DNA of 64,000 nucleotides from Spirochaetia bacterium (GCA_963675665.1 OY776510.1:4448001-4512000), one strand, 5' to 3'; counted from the stretch's first letter, positions 10,046 through 21,540 are shown. Notes: generated from the letters alone by a model not told the origin. Numbers and translations are program-made.

Positions 10046-10388
10046 TGTCTACGGGACGCGCATCAATTGACTCATTCAACACTGCCGTGAGTCTGAACAG
10101 GGTAGTCTGCCAGTCTGAACGAATCAGCGGATACATTTTTCCGGTATTGTCCAATTTATGCCGATCGGAATCCCAAACGGAGTCTGAAGAATCACTTTTC
10201 AAGCAATTATCCCGACCGGGAATCCGGATAAGCGTATACAGAATTCAACCTGATTTTTATTAAACAAAAATGATTTCAATACATTATATTACCACCTAAA
10301 TCGATTCGTGGTAAGAAGAAATCATGGGCAAATGACTCTATAACAACAATTACAGATAATACTATTATTTATGTCGAACTGGTAATCT

Positions 10389-11885
10389 TCAGATAGATTC
10401 AGAAACTTTCTGAAAATGATACCCGTATACGGCCATTGTCAAAGCTGTGCCGATATATTCCGGATATCTATACAAGGTATGACCGAACAACTGCCAGAAA
10501 TAGCGTTTCCCGTCTTTTCTGAAGATTCCCAGACGAAAAATAGTGAGAAACAAAGTCCTGATGCTGAGGAAGGTTGTTTTGTTCACGGAAAGCCGCGGAG
10601 GATTATATTCGCTTAAAAAGGTTTTAATCCTCTCAAAATATGCTTTCGGAGAATAGATCGTTCTTACAAGGCTTTTATATCCGTTCCTGAGTTTTTCTGC
10701 ATCCATTTTCGGTATAAAGTTTAAACTGCCGTCTGTATTATCTCCGGTGAATCCTTTGAGTATGCGGTTATCCGCATCGAGTCTTTTATACAGCTTTGTG
10801 CCCAGCGGGGCATTTAACAAGCCGACCATTGCGGTAACGATTCCGCTTTTACGGATAAAGCTCGCCTGACTTTCAAAGACATCTTCAGTGTCATTGTCGA
10901 AACCTACAATAAAGCCGCCCATTATGTTGAATCCCTTCCGCTGCATTGTCTTAACCGACTCCACCATGTCTCTTTTCCGGTTTTGAGTTTTACCGCACTC
11001 GCTCAGGCTTAAATCTTCAGGCGACTCAATTCCGACAAAGCATGAATGAAAACCAGACTGGACCATCAGCTCCATCAGAACATCATCATCCACCAAATTT
11101 ATTGAAACCTCGGTCGTAAATGTAAACGGGTAATTACGTTCCTTCTGCCATGCGATTAGTGCAGGGAGCAGTTCTGTTTTCAGTCGTTTTTTATTGCCGA
11201 TAAAATTATCATCTACTATAAAAACAGAACCCTTCCATTTTGCAGCATAGAGGGATTCCAGCTCTGCAATAAACTGTTCGGTCTGTTTTACCCTGGTTTT
11301 TCCCCCGTAAAGGGCAGTGATGCTGCAGAAGTCGCAGTTGAACGGGCAGCCCCGGGAATACTGGATGTCCATGCTTGCGTAATCTTTCGTCCTGATTAGA
11401 CTCCAGTCGGGAGCCGGAGTCTGCGACAGATCTGCATAATCATCGGAAGAATAAATTCCTGAAACCTTACCTTCGGCCAGATCCGCCAGAAACGGAGCCA
11501 GTGTGAGTTCCGCCTCATTAAGGATCAGATAATCAATTCCGGAAAAATTTTCGGGATCCTGTGTTACCATCGGTCCTCCGGCAGCAACCTTTACCCCAAG
11601 AGACCTGCACTTGTCTACAGCCTTCATGAAAGATTCTTTCTGGATGTCCATACCGCTGATAAAAACAATGTCGGCCCATAAAATGTCCTTTGAGGATAAT
11701 CCGCTTACATTGAGGTCAACCAGCTTTTTCTCCCAGGAAGACGGAAGCATCGATGCAACAGTCAGCAGTCCCAGAGGCGGCTCTGAAGCCTTCTTTGCAA
11801 CAAACCCGAGCACATGTTTAAAGCTCCAGAATGTAACCGGGAATTCAGGATATATAAATAATATTTTCATTTTAGAATTCTCCAT
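10389..11885 (-). CDS. B12-binding radical SAM protein (DUF4070 type)
   Basis: PPLGLLTVA B12-binding region; SRGCPFNCDFC CxxxCxxC. Confidence 0.9.
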   Translation of the reverse strand: MENSKMKILFIYPEFPVTFWSFKHVLGFVAKKASEPPLGLLTVASMLPSSWEKKLVDLNVSGLSSKDILWADIVFISGMDIQKESFMKAVDKCRSLGVKVAAGGPMVTQDPENFSGIDYLILNEAELTLAPFLADLAEGKVSGIYSSDDYADLSQTPAPDWSLIRTKDYASMDIQYSRGCPFNCDFCSITALYGGKTRVKQTEQFIAELESLYAAKWKGSVFIVDDNFIGNKKRLKTELLPALIAWQKERNYPFTFTTEVSINLVDDDVLMELMVQSGFHSCFVGIESPEDLSLSECGKTQNRKRDMVESVKTMQRKGFNIMGGFIVGFDNDTEDVFESQASFIRKSGIVTAMVGLLNAPLGTKLYKRLDADNRILKGFTGDNTDGSLNFIPKMDAEKLRNGYKSLVRTIYSPKAYFERIKTFLSEYNPPRLSVNKTTFLSIRTLFLTIFRLGIFRKDGKRYFWQLFGHTLYRYPEYIGTALTMAVYGYHFQKVSESI

Positions 11886-11957
11886 AATTGATCTGTGTTA
11901 TATTTTGATAGTAACATAAAGGGGAAACTGGTTGTGTAAAAGAAGTGTAAAAGCCAT

Positions 11958-12935
11958 ATGAGACTGAGCAAAGGGAAGAAATATCTTCAGCATTCAATAA
12001 CTCTCTTTATAATCATTCAGCTCTCGTGCTTTGCCCTGCTCGGTTTCTGGATTTACTGGTTCGTGTCTAATAATGCTGTTTATACAAAGCTTGCAAACCT
12101 GATTAACCCTGATCTGCTGCTTCATAATAACGGCACAATACTTTTTATATACGGATTAATCCTGATTACTCTCATTTCAACAGGGCTGATTTTCATCTTC
12201 ATACGTCTGATAAGACAGACAATTGCTAATCGAATTTACGACGGATTTATAGCGAATGTGACTCATGAATTAAAATCACCATTGGCATCCATTCAGCTCG
12301 GAATTGAAACACTCCAGAAACACCGGCTGCCGGAAGAGAAGAGTACCGAGTTTCTTGAACGCATGGCGTTGGATATCCGGCGGCTGGACGGACTCATAGG
12401 TTCAATTCTTGAAATATCGATTATTGACAGCAAGGCTGCATTCTTTGAACCCGTGGTCATTCCAGCCGATAGTTCGGTTAAAAAGCTCATTAGAAATCTC
12501 GCAGACAAGTTCGGAATCGAAAGCAACGGCATCCTGATAAAAGGAAAGACGTCATGCAATATAAAGATTGATCCGGCTGGTCTTGAGACGGTTCTCAGCA
12601 ATTTAATTGATAACTCAGTTAAATATTCCGACGGCCCGGTTAAGATAAAAATTAAACTGGAATATTTTAATAAAAAATTCCTGTTAACATTTGAAGATGA
12701 AGGAATAGGAATCGCCGATGGAGACCGGAAGAAGGTTTTCAATAAATTTACGAGGTTGAAAAGACCCGACAGCCCTTCTGTAAAGGGCACTGGCATCGGT
12801 CTTTACTGGTGTAGACAGATATTAAAAATCCATAAAGGCAAAATTCAAATTGAGAAAAGTAAAAGGAAGCAAGGGACGACCTTCAAAATAGAACTGCCGG
12901 CAACCAGGATGCGGTATCATCAAGAGGAGAGTTGA
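11958..12935 (+). CDS. sensor histidine kinase
   Basis: two TM segments, THELKSPL H-box, NLIDNSVKYS, DEGIG, GTGIGL. Confidence 0.95.
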   Translation: MRLSKGKKYLQHSITLFIIIQLSCFALLGFWIYWFVSNNAVYTKLANLINPDLLLHNNGTILFIYGLILITLISTGLIFIFIRLIRQTIANRIYDGFIANVTHELKSPLASIQLGIETLQKHRLPEEKSTEFLERMALDIRRLDGLIGSILEISIIDSKAAFFEPVVIPADSSVKKLIRNLADKFGIESNGILIKGKTSCNIKIDPAGLETVLSNLIDNSVKYSDGPVKIKIKLEYFNKKFLLTFEDEGIGIADGDRKKVFNKFTRLKRPDSPSVKGTGIGLYWCRQILKIHKGKIQIEKSKRKQGTTFKIELPATRMRYHQEES

Positions 12936-12941
12936 TTTAAA

Positions 12942-13655
12942 TTGAGTACACAGAAATTTAATTATAATATTCTCCTGGTTGAAGATGAAGAAAGCCTCGC
13001 CGCCGGACTTGAATTTAATCTTGAGGCTGAGGGCTATAGCGTAGCCCGTGCGGAAAACGGCAGAAAAGCACTGGAGTTTTTACAACAGAGCGATGCCGAT
13101 CTGGTTATTCTCGATATTATGCTGCCTTTTCTCAACGGATTTGAAGTCCTGAAAAAAATCAGAGAACAGTCTCCGGCTTTGCCGGTGCTTCTTCTCTCAG
13201 CAAGGACTGCACAGCAGGATAAGGTAAAAGGACTTTCTATGGGTGCGAACGATTATCTCACCAAACCGTTCCACCTTGAAGAATTACTGCTCAGAGTCGA
13301 AGGGATGCTTCGCAGGAACGCCTGGTACAGGGACTCCCTCGAGAGGAATTCAGAATACTGTTTCAGCGGCAATCAGGTTGATTTTAAAAACCTGACCTGC
13401 AAATCCCGGAACGGTTCCTTTAGGCTGACTCCTCTCGAAGGGGCGCTCCTTAAATATTTTGTCGATCATGAGGCCCAGATTATTACGAGGGAGGAACTGC
13501 TGGACAGGGTCTGGCAGATAGATTCCGACACAGACACAAGAACCGTTGATAATTTCATCATGAGATTAAGAAAATATTTCGAAGAGGAGCCTTCGTCACC
13601 CGTTTTTTTCAGGAATGTCAGGGCAAGAGGATATATTTTTAATTCGGGGAATTAA
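12942..13655 (+). CDS. OmpR/PhoB-family response regulator
   Basis: VEDE, LDIMLP, KPF receiver motifs; winged-helix TRTVDNFIMRLRK. Confidence 0.95.
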   Translation: MSTQKFNYNILLVEDEESLAAGLEFNLEAEGYSVARAENGRKALEFLQQSDADLVILDIMLPFLNGFEVLKKIREQSPALPVLLLSARTAQQDKVKGLSMGANDYLTKPFHLEELLLRVEGMLRRNAWYRDSLERNSEYCFSGNQVDFKNLTCKSRNGSFRLTPLEGALLKYFVDHEAQIITREELLDRVWQIDSDTDTRTVDNFIMRLRKYFEEEPSSPVFFRNVRARGYIFNSGN

Positions 13656-13668
13656 TAATCTCTGTTTT

Positions 13669-14565
13669 TCAACTATAGTAGCGTTCCGGATACAGCCTGT
13701 TAAAGATAAGCCATGCCCGTACGTCAATACGAGTCATTGCATATGCTAAGACAGGAACAATACAACCGCAAGATGAACAGTCAACCCCTTCACCGAGAAC
13801 ACAGGGTTCTTTCCGTTGTAATTGGGCATTATAGGAGACAACATTCTTTTCGTTCCGTAAATAACATGTTTTATAGAATTTTTTCGACTTAAATAATTTT
13901 ATTATGCCCGGTGAGAGCAATACAATATCCTTATTGCTTCTCCAGCTTTCTGTGAGTTGTTTAACAGTCCATTCAAGCTCATCCCTCTGTAAAAAGAGAG
14001 GATCATTTTGTACATGATGAGATGCATAAGTACTGAAAGTGATGCCGTCGACATCCGATTCCCGGGCAATCTTAACCAGTTCGTCAATATAACGGTAATT
14101 AGTCGTGGATAGTGTCGGCGTCAGCACAACACGTTTATCACCCTGAATATTTTTTATTACCGTGTCAAAAACCTTACGCCCACGAATCTTGTCATGAATC
14201 TCGGCGGGGCCGTCCAGACTAATAAACAAACGAGCCTGAATATCTTCCGGTATGGGAATAGTGCCGTTTGAGACAACGGTTAAATTATCAAATATCTGAT
14301 AGGCGGATCTGATCACCTCCGGGCGAATCGACGGCTCTCCTCCCGTAAGCATCACGCTCTTCACACCTTTTTTATAATAATCTAAAAATATTTTTTCCCA
14401 TTCGCCGTCGGACAATTCCTTTTCCGGGTTGTAGCTTTTACGCCAATAGCAATGTTCGCACAAAAGGTTGCATTTTGACGTAATATCGAAATTAACGATA
14501 TTGGGATATTCTTTCTTTTTTATGGATCCTCTCAAAAAATTAATTAATCGAACAGCTTTTGACAT
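13669..14565 (-). CDS. radical SAM protein
   Basis: CNLLCEHC, LTGGEP; probable start MSKAVR at 14565. Confidence 0.88.
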   Translation of the reverse strand: MSKAVRLINFLRGSIKKKEYPNIVNFDITSKCNLLCEHCYWRKSYNPEKELSDGEWEKIFLDYYKKGVKSVMLTGGEPSIRPEVIRSAYQIFDNLTVVSNGTIPIPEDIQARLFISLDGPAEIHDKIRGRKVFDTVIKNIQGDKRVVLTPTLSTTNYRYIDELVKIARESDVDGITFSTYASHHVQNDPLFLQRDELEWTVKQLTESWRSNKDIVLLSPGIIKLFKSKKFYKTCYLRNEKNVVSYNAQLQRKEPCVLGEGVDCSSCGCIVPVLAYAMTRIDVRAWLIFNRLYPERYYS

Positions 14566-14816
14566 GTACCGGCCTCTGTAAATAGTTTTGATCTGATAAC
14601 AAACTGTTGCATCGGGAAAAAGATTCACCTGTAAGATTCGCGGCTCAGTTACAGAAAAAGCAGTTCCAGGACTGAAGGTATATCATATTGATTTTTGTTA
14701 TTCAGATAAGAGATAGTAATTCTATTATAGGGGAAAGTAAAGTATCTCTATATGCAATCTTAATGCTAATTTACTATAATGAATGTATGAAAAAGAAATA
14801 ATTAAATCAATTCGAT

Positions 14817-14990
14817 ATAAGAAAAGCAGATATCTTCGCACATTACGGCGGCGAGGAATTCGCCACCGTAATGCCTGAGACCAACATTCAAGAAGCCGCC
14901 AATGTCGCAAAAAGGGACAGAAAAAACTGTATTAAAACAGAAAACAGCGGAGAATAAAGAGTTTATCTTCAGGAACAGAGCATTCCATAA
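14817..14990 (+). pseudogene. GGDEF (diguanylate cyclase) domain fragment
   Basis: manual translation IRKADIFAHYGGEEFATVMPETNIQEAANVA, with no start codon or N-terminus. Confidence 0.7.
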
Positions 14991-15107
14991 TTTAACTGCA
15001 TAAAAAACAGGCGAATGGCAATAAAGTTTCGTTTTAATTATTTTATCAATATTTATAACAGTACTGCTATCTTGTTTATTATCACTGACAGGTCTATCAT
15101 CAGATCT

Positions 15108-17333
15108 ATGAAAAAAATTAGAATAGCCTGCATAGGCAATTATCCACCACGGCAATGCGGAATTGCATCGTTCACCAAAGACTTTATCACATCTCTCATT
15201 AAAAATAAGAAAGAAAAGAGTATTCAGGCGGAAGCCTTTGTAGTCGCTATAAATGATCAGGAGTATATATATCCTGAAGAGGTAAAGCATGTAATAAATA
15301 AAAATCATGCTAAAGATTATCTTGAAGCTGTAAAGTATATTAACTTCAGTGATGCAGAAGTTTGTGTTCTGCAGCATGAATTCGGAATATTCGGAGGAAA
15401 CAGCGGAGTTTTTATCCTGCCTCTAATTCACAGACTGGAAATTCCCCTGATTGTGATATTCCATACCGTGCTGAGAGATCCCTCCTACAATGAAAAAAAT
15501 ATTGTCCGCGAGATTGGAAAACACGCGGAAAAAATAGTCGTAATGAGTAGGCTGGCTGTCGAATTTTTGACAAATATTTATGAAATACCTCTTGAAAAAA
15601 TTGATGTTATTGAACACGGTGTACCTGATTTTGATTTTACGCAAAATCTTTATTATAAAAAAAAATTCCATGTTGAAGAAAGAAAAACCCTTCTTACATT
15701 TGGTCTTTTGAGTCGAAATAAGGGAATAGAAACCGTCATTAATGCACTTCCTGACGTAGTAAAAAAACATCCGGAAGTTTTATATGTGGTACTGGGCAAA
15801 ACCCATCCGGCTGTTGTCAAATCCTCCGGAGAAGAATACAGAAACTATCTCAAGCTCCTGGTTCGGAAAAACAACCTTACGGATCATGTATATTTCGATG
15901 ATCGATTTGTAAGCACTGAAGAATTGCTTGGCTACCTCACAGCGTCCGATATTTACATTACACCATATTTAAATGAAGTCCAGATAACAAGCGGTACCCT
16001 GTCATATGCAGTAGGAGCGGGCGCCGCAGTTGTTTCGACTCCCTATTGGCATGCCAAAGAATTACTGGCGGATAATCGCGGTATTATTTTTGATTTCAAC
16101 AATTCAGATAAATTGACGGAAATACTTAATAAACTTATTGAAAATCCTGAATATCTGGGGACTTTAAGAAAATGTGCCTATCTTTACGGTAAAAATACCG
16201 TCTGGTCTGAAATAGGTAAAACGTATCTGCACCTGATAGCAAAAGCAATAGAATCTTATTCCGGAGTAGCGGATCAGCAGGAATTGATAATTAATCCTTT
16301 GCTGCTTCCGAAGTTCAACCTCGTGCATGTAAAAAAATTGACCGACGGAACCGGCATTCTTCAACATTCGCTCTACAATATACCCAGATTCAGAGACGGA
16401 TATTGCCTTGATGACAATGCACGGGCTTTGCTGATGGCAATTATGGTTTATAGCCAGATGAAAGAGATTGAAGTTCTGGATTTAATGTCGAATTATTTAA
16501 GTTATATTCAATATATGCAGAATGAGGACGGCACATTCAGAAATTTTTTGAGTTTCGAAAGAAGCTTTCTCGATGAAAAAGGTTCTGAGGATTCTTTCGG
16601 ACGTACTATATGGGCAATCGGGGAGCTTGTAAAAAATCCTCCGAATGAAGCTTACTTTGAATTGGGCAAGGAAATGTTCATGAAAGCTTCATCAGGTTTT
16701 AAAAAATTAACTTCAATAAGGGGAATCGCAAATACAGTCGTCGGGATCTGCGCGTGGATGAACAGATTTCCCTGGGATGAAGATATGGCTGAAATACTAA
16801 ACTCTCTGACTGCTAAAATTGTTACCATGTACGAAAAAGAAAAGACCGGAGACTGGCTCTGGTTCGAGCCAGGTTTATCATATGATAATGGAATTATTCC
16901 TTTTGCACTTTTTCATTCTTTCAGAATAACCGGAAATGAAAAGGTTTTAAGCGTCGCAATGGAAACAATGGACTTTCTGGAAGAGATCGTTTTCAGGGAA
17001 GGTTACCTTTCTCTTGTAGGATCAGAAGAATGGTATAATATCGGCGGCATCAGATCAAAATACGATCAACAGCCTATTGATGCAATGGCTATGGTATTAA
17101 TGTACTCTCAGGCCTTTGAAGTTACTCTGGACAACCAATATTTAAGAAAGATGTTTGATTCATTCATGTGGTTTTTAGGCGAAAACGATCTTCGTATTCC
17201 TATATATGATTTTGAAACCCACGGTTGCAACGACGGACTGAAAAGCAACGGAGTTAACAGGAATCAGGGGGCCGAGAGTATTCTCGCATTTTTAATTGCC
17301 CACCTGACAATTCTTTCAGGCACAAGACTGTGA
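15108..17333 (+). CDS. GT4 glycosyltransferase with C-terminal glycosidase-like domain
   Basis: GNYPPRQCGIASFT, QHEFGIFGG, TSGTLSYAVG, GYCLDDNARAL, NRNQGAES; probable start MKKIRI. Confidence 0.9.
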   Translation: MKKIRIACIGNYPPRQCGIASFTKDFITSLIKNKKEKSIQAEAFVVAINDQEYIYPEEVKHVINKNHAKDYLEAVKYINFSDAEVCVLQHEFGIFGGNSGVFILPLIHRLEIPLIVIFHTVLRDPSYNEKNIVREIGKHAEKIVVMSRLAVEFLTNIYEIPLEKIDVIEHGVPDFDFTQNLYYKKKFHVEERKTLLTFGLLSRNKGIETVINALPDVVKKHPEVLYVVLGKTHPAVVKSSGEEYRNYLKLLVRKNNLTDHVYFDDRFVSTEELLGYLTASDIYITPYLNEVQITSGTLSYAVGAGAAVVSTPYWHAKELLADNRGIIFDFNNSDKLTEILNKLIENPEYLGTLRKCAYLYGKNTVWSEIGKTYLHLIAKAIESYSGVADQQELIINPLLLPKFNLVHVKKLTDGTGILQHSLYNIPRFRDGYCLDDNARALLMAIMVYSQMKEIEVLDLMSNYLSYIQYMQNEDGTFRNFLSFERSFLDEKGSEDSFGRTIWAIGELVKNPPNEAYFELGKEMFMKASSGFKKLTSIRGIANTVVGICAWMNRFPWDEDMAEILNSLTAKIVTMYEKEKTGDWLWFEPGLSYDNGIIPFALFHSFRITGNEKVLSVAMETMDFLEEIVFREGYLSLVGSEEWYNIGGIRSKYDQQPIDAMAMVLMYSQAFEVTLDNQYLRKMFDSFMWFLGENDLRIPIYDFETHGCNDGLKSNGVNRNQGAESILAFLIAHLTILSGTRL

Positions 17334-18334
17334 AAATCGCCGTTCTGGCCCCAATCTGCTGGAGAACTCCGCCCAGGCATTACGGTCCCTGGGAACAGGT
17401 CGCGTCGAATATCGCCGAAGGACTTATTAAAAAGGGTCATGAGGTTACTCTCTTTGCAACCGGAGATTCCATAACATCAGGGAAACTTTCATCGGTTTGC
17501 GGACATCCGTATGAAGAAGATAAAACCCTTGATCCGAAGGTATGGGAATGTCTCCACATCGCGAACCTGATGGAACATGCAGGAGAATTTGACATCATAC
17601 ATAACAATTATGATTTTTTGCCGCTGTCATACTCCAGGCTGATTAACACACCGATGATTACAACTATTCACGGATTTTCTTCTCCGAAGATTATTCCTGT
17701 ATATAAAAAATATAACGATTCAAGTTTTTATGTATCAATAAGCAATTCTGACAGAAGCCCTGAACTTGATTATCTCGCGACTGTATATAACGGTTTGAAA
17801 ACAGATGATTTCTCATTCAGTGAAAAAGCCGGAGACTATTTGCTTTATTTCGGAAGAATTCACCGTGATAAAGGCACTTACGAAGCTATAAAAATAGCGG
17901 AAAAATTCGGCATGAAACTAATTATTTCCGGAATTATTCAGGACCGGGAATATTTTAAAGAATGTGTAGAGCCCTTTTTACGCGAAGACATTGTTTTTAC
18001 CGGTAACTCCGGGCCTGAAAAAAGGAATGAACTTCTTGGCGGGGCCTACGCACTGCTTCATCCCATCAGTTTCAATGAACCCTTCGGTATGAGCGTCGCT
18101 GAATCATTGTTATGCGGAACACCAGTTGTTGCCTTTAACAAGGGATCTATGCCTGAATTGATAGTACACCAAAAATGCGGTTTTCTGGTGGATTCAATAA
18201 AAGAAGCCGTAAAAGCACTTGGAGATGTCGGCAAGATTGACAGGAAATTCTGTATGACCTGGGCCAAACAGAATTTCTCCCGGGAAAAGATGATACAGTC
18301 GTATATAAAACTTTATAAAACCATCCTTACTTGA
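17330..18334 (+). CDS. GT4 glycosyltransferase
   Basis: PPRHYGPWE, EPFGMSVAESLLCGTPV. Confidence 0.92.
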   Translation: MKIAVLAPICWRTPPRHYGPWEQVASNIAEGLIKKGHEVTLFATGDSITSGKLSSVCGHPYEEDKTLDPKVWECLHIANLMEHAGEFDIIHNNYDFLPLSYSRLINTPMITTIHGFSSPKIIPVYKKYNDSSFYVSISNSDRSPELDYLATVYNGLKTDDFSFSEKAGDYLLYFGRIHRDKGTYEAIKIAEKFGMKLIISGIIQDREYFKECVEPFLREDIVFTGNSGPEKRNELLGGAYALLHPISFNEPFGMSVAESLLCGTPVVAFNKGSMPELIVHQKCGFLVDSIKEAVKALGDVGKIDRKFCMTWAKQNFSREKMIQSYIKLYKTILT

Positions 18335-19805
18335 GTAATTTGGCAAAAAGTACATCCAGAGATACCGAGAAGAAGGACGAAAGCGAATCCGACATTGCAT
18401 AGGGAATAATCAATTCATTATTATGAATTATTGCCCCGCAGGAATATACTACATTCGGAACATATCCCTCACGCTCTTCATCATTGGGGATCAGCAACGG
18501 TTCATCAAGATGACATATAACTTTGGCGGGATTATTCAAATCAAGCAAGGTGATCCCCAGGCAGTATTTACGCATCGGGCCTACCCCATGGGTAACCAAC
18601 AGCCATCCATTTTGCGTTTCAACCGGCGATCCGCAGTTTCCAATCTGCACAAATTCCCAGGGATTCTCCGGTTCTTCAATTACTTCAGCCTGCTGCCATT
18701 CCTGAATATCATCCGAATACATTATATAGTTTCTGAACCCGTCGACACGGGAGATCATTGCATATTGCCCGTTTATCTTTCTGGGAAAGAGAGCCATTCC
18801 CTTGTTCTGAGCACAGGATCCTAATACAGGATAGACTTTGAAGTGATAAAAATCTTCGGTTTCCAACAGCTTCGGCAGGATTGCGAACCCATTATATGCA
18901 GTGAAAGTAGCGTAATACATCACTTTTCCATTATCTTCGGTGAATCTGACGAACCTGGCGTCCTCAATCCCGTTTTTTTCAAAGGCTGAAACGGGAAAAA
19001 TTACCCTTTCGGCAATTGAGGTATACAAAGAAAAATTTATTTCATAATTCGCCTCAGCCAACCAGACAATTGACTGAATTACTTTTTTTTGAGAGTACGA
19101 TAATTCAACTTGCTTTGCACAATTATGAATAGCTTTTTGCAGCTCCTCATAAGTAAACTGATCTGCAAGCCTGTCCATTATCAGCTCAACAATGTCTTTA
19201 TGAATATTCATTTCATCAAGTTTCATCAGAAAGTTTACCTTGTCATATTGCGGAGTTTTAATAATTTCCGGTTGTTCAACAAAAAGATTCACCGGGTTAA
19301 ACGATAATTCATTATTTTTTTTTATAATTCCGCTTCTGAATACAATTGAAGATATATGGCCTTCTCCGGTAGCTCGAAAACTTACAATAATCCTCCTTTC
19401 TCCTTCCTCAAGATTTGATTGATCCGGATCTTCTACAATTGACGGGTTGAAAAATGCAGCAGATTCGATTGAATATTCATGAGAAAAATAGGCGCCGATT
19501 AATAATCGACGGTTTAAAGAAAGCGATTCAGGCTCAATCTTCAAATCCCGAAGGATGTGTATGATATTATTGAAATGTTTGTCGAAAACCTTGGTAATAT
19601 TTCTGTGTCGATGTGTAAAATCTCTTAGAACACCCGAGAAAGTAATTTTAACCTCTTCCTCATCGAGTGACATGACCTTTTTTATGATAAACTCAGCCCT
19701 GCCGTCACCTCCCGGCATATAAAAACGCGTGATGACCCGCTTGGAATCCGGATAGAATTTATTGCTTTTTCTGTTTACAGCTATGGCCATTATGCTTTTT
19801 TTCAA
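18327..19805 (-). CDS. GH130-like glycosidase/phosphorylase
   Basis: AFFNPS, GIEDARFV, QIGNCGSP, REGYVPNVVYSCG. Confidence 0.9.
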   Translation of the reverse strand: MKKSIMAIAVNRKSNKFYPDSKRVITRFYMPGGDGRAEFIIKKVMSLDEEEVKITFSGVLRDFTHRHRNITKVFDKHFNNIIHILRDLKIEPESLSLNRRLLIGAYFSHEYSIESAAFFNPSIVEDPDQSNLEEGERRIIVSFRATGEGHISSIVFRSGIIKKNNELSFNPVNLFVEQPEIIKTPQYDKVNFLMKLDEMNIHKDIVELIMDRLADQFTYEELQKAIHNCAKQVELSYSQKKVIQSIVWLAEANYEINFSLYTSIAERVIFPVSAFEKNGIEDARFVRFTEDNGKVMYYATFTAYNGFAILPKLLETEDFYHFKVYPVLGSCAQNKGMALFPRKINGQYAMISRVDGFRNYIMYSDDIQEWQQAEVIEEPENPWEFVQIGNCGSPVETQNGWLLVTHGVGPMRKYCLGITLLDLNNPAKVICHLDEPLLIPNDEEREGYVPNVVYSCGAIIHNNELIIPYAMSDSLSSFFSVSLDVLFAKLLK

Positions 19806-20133
19806 CCTCGTTATAACTGTAAGCGTAAGATATAAAATTCATTTATGCAATCAAATAAAAAATGTTTATAAAATACCTGTTTTAATTAATACCTACAACC
19901 TTCGAGGAAACAGCGGTCTTGATCTTATTCTCCGGTTGATATACAATCAGCTAGAACCATATATAGGTATCTTTATTATTATAGTTGAAATGTTTTTCTT
20001 TTTTAAAGAAGCATATAGATCATTTCTATCCTGCCTTTTTATTATTTCTTACTAATCAGCAAAAATAACCAAGAATCATCTGTTTGACTGGTAATACAAC
20101 GTTTTCCCGGACAGGTTCTGGGCAGGAGTGATT

Positions 20134-20385
20134 ATGTCGAAAAAGCTTTATGTAGGAAACCTCAATTTTACAGTTAATGAGTCAGAACTGAAAGAACTTT
20201 TCTCGGAGTACGGGGAAGTGAATACTGTAAATATCATAACTGATAAAATATCAAACCGATCCAAGGGATTTGCTTTTGTAGAAATGCTGAAGGATTCATC
20301 TGCAAATGAAGCAATTTCAGCCTTAAACGGAAGGGAATTTTCAGGTCGTGAAATAAAAGTCAATGTAGCTAAAGATAGAAATTAA
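20134..20385 (+). CDS. RRM RNA-binding protein
   Basis: KLYVGNL (RNP2) and SKGFAFVEM (RNP1). Confidence 0.95.
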   Translation: MSKKLYVGNLNFTVNESELKELFSEYGEVNTVNIITDKISNRSKGFAFVEMLKDSSANEAISALNGREFSGREIKVNVAKDRN

Positions 20386-20503
20386 TTATAGCGACAGAGA
20401 ATCTGTATACATTTTGAGCTCACAATGATTGTCTATTCAGCGTGAGCTGCTCAAAAAACGATTAAATCCTGTAGAATAAATCTGCAGGTATCCGGAGAAT
20501 CTT

Positions 20504-20761
20504 ATGAACGGTATTGGAAAAAAATTATTAAATTTCTTGGAAAACAGGAAATTATGGGTCTGGCTCCTGGTCTATCTGGGGTTGACGGGCATTATATTCG
20601 GCTTGTCCAGTTTGATTTTATACTTATTGGGAATAGTTCCGTGGATCGGCGTCCTGGCGTTAATTGCCACAGGACTTATCTGGGGTTTTATTCAATTTTC
20701 CATCCATAGAAACACAGATAAACCAGAAGTAGAAACTTCAGATAAAAAAGAATCTGAATAA
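20504..20761 (+). CDS. small membrane protein
   Basis: two hydrophobic segments, GGAG RBS. Confidence 0.65.
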   Translation: MNGIGKKLLNFLENRKLWVWLLVYLGLTGIIFGLSSLILYLLGIVPWIGVLALIATGLIWGFIQFSIHRNTDKPEVETSDKKESE

Positions 20762-20882
20762 AGTAATTTCATATCTCTCTAACTTCCTGAACCAAGTTTT
20801 CAGGGAGTTCCAAATTTGCATCGGAGGGTTTCATTTACACGGTGTGAACTGATTAACATTATATATAAGCAAAGGGCATAAT

Positions 20883-21248
20883 ATGGAATTGAATGAGAAA
20901 CAAATAAAAAAAGAGATTCTGTATAACGAAGAAAAACTATTGAGAAATGAAATTAGAAATGACGCAAAAATGATAACGGAATTAACTGAAAATAATTGTA
21001 TTGAGATCAGTGAGACCGGAGTCCAGAGTATTTATCAGTTCGGACAGACACTTAAAGAAATCGACGGAGTTTTATATATCACAAGTGACGAACCTCAATT
21101 AATCAACCTATCTGAAGATTGTAAATTATTAATTTATATTGCTGTAAAAGTCAAAAAGAACACGAGGTCAATGATAAATTGCAGTTCAATATGGAAAATG
21201 AAGAATGAAAAGTGGAAGGCAGTATTTCAGCAAAGGACCACTCGCTGA
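20883..21248 (+). CDS. NTF2-like (DUF4440) protein
   Basis: EEKLLRNEIRND...SSIWK...WKAVFQQRT pattern. Confidence 0.6.
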   Translation: MELNEKQIKKEILYNEEKLLRNEIRNDAKMITELTENNCIEISETGVQSIYQFGQTLKEIDGVLYITSDEPQLINLSEDCKLLIYIAVKVKKNTRSMINCSSIWKMKNEKWKAVFQQRTTR

Positions 21249-21271
21249 TAAATTTTCCCGATGGAGTTCAA

Positions 21272-21540
21272 ATGTCCCTTATATATATTATCCTTTCCGT
21301 AATAAGCTGGATGGAACTCATTATCAGTTTTATTATCTTCATGCCCGTTCAGGCACTTCTATTTGTCGTCACATTACCGTTCGATAAACACAAGAAAATA
21401 ATGCACTATAATTCTTCTATTTTGTGTCTGGCAGTTCTTACGATGTGTCCACTTATCTCCCTTCAATATGAAGGGCGTAAAAACATAGACCGTTCAAAAC
21501 CAAATGTAATAGTAATGAACCATCAGTCGATACTTGATTT
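21272..21540 (+). pseudogene. lysophospholipid acyltransferase N-terminal fragment
   Basis: VIVMNHQSILD (HxxxxD) followed by unrelated sequence. Confidence 0.6.

Noticed and set aside
14802-15377. 191-aa minus-strand ORF and other antisense ORFs over long genes
   Set aside because: Shadow frames of well-supported opposite-strand genes.
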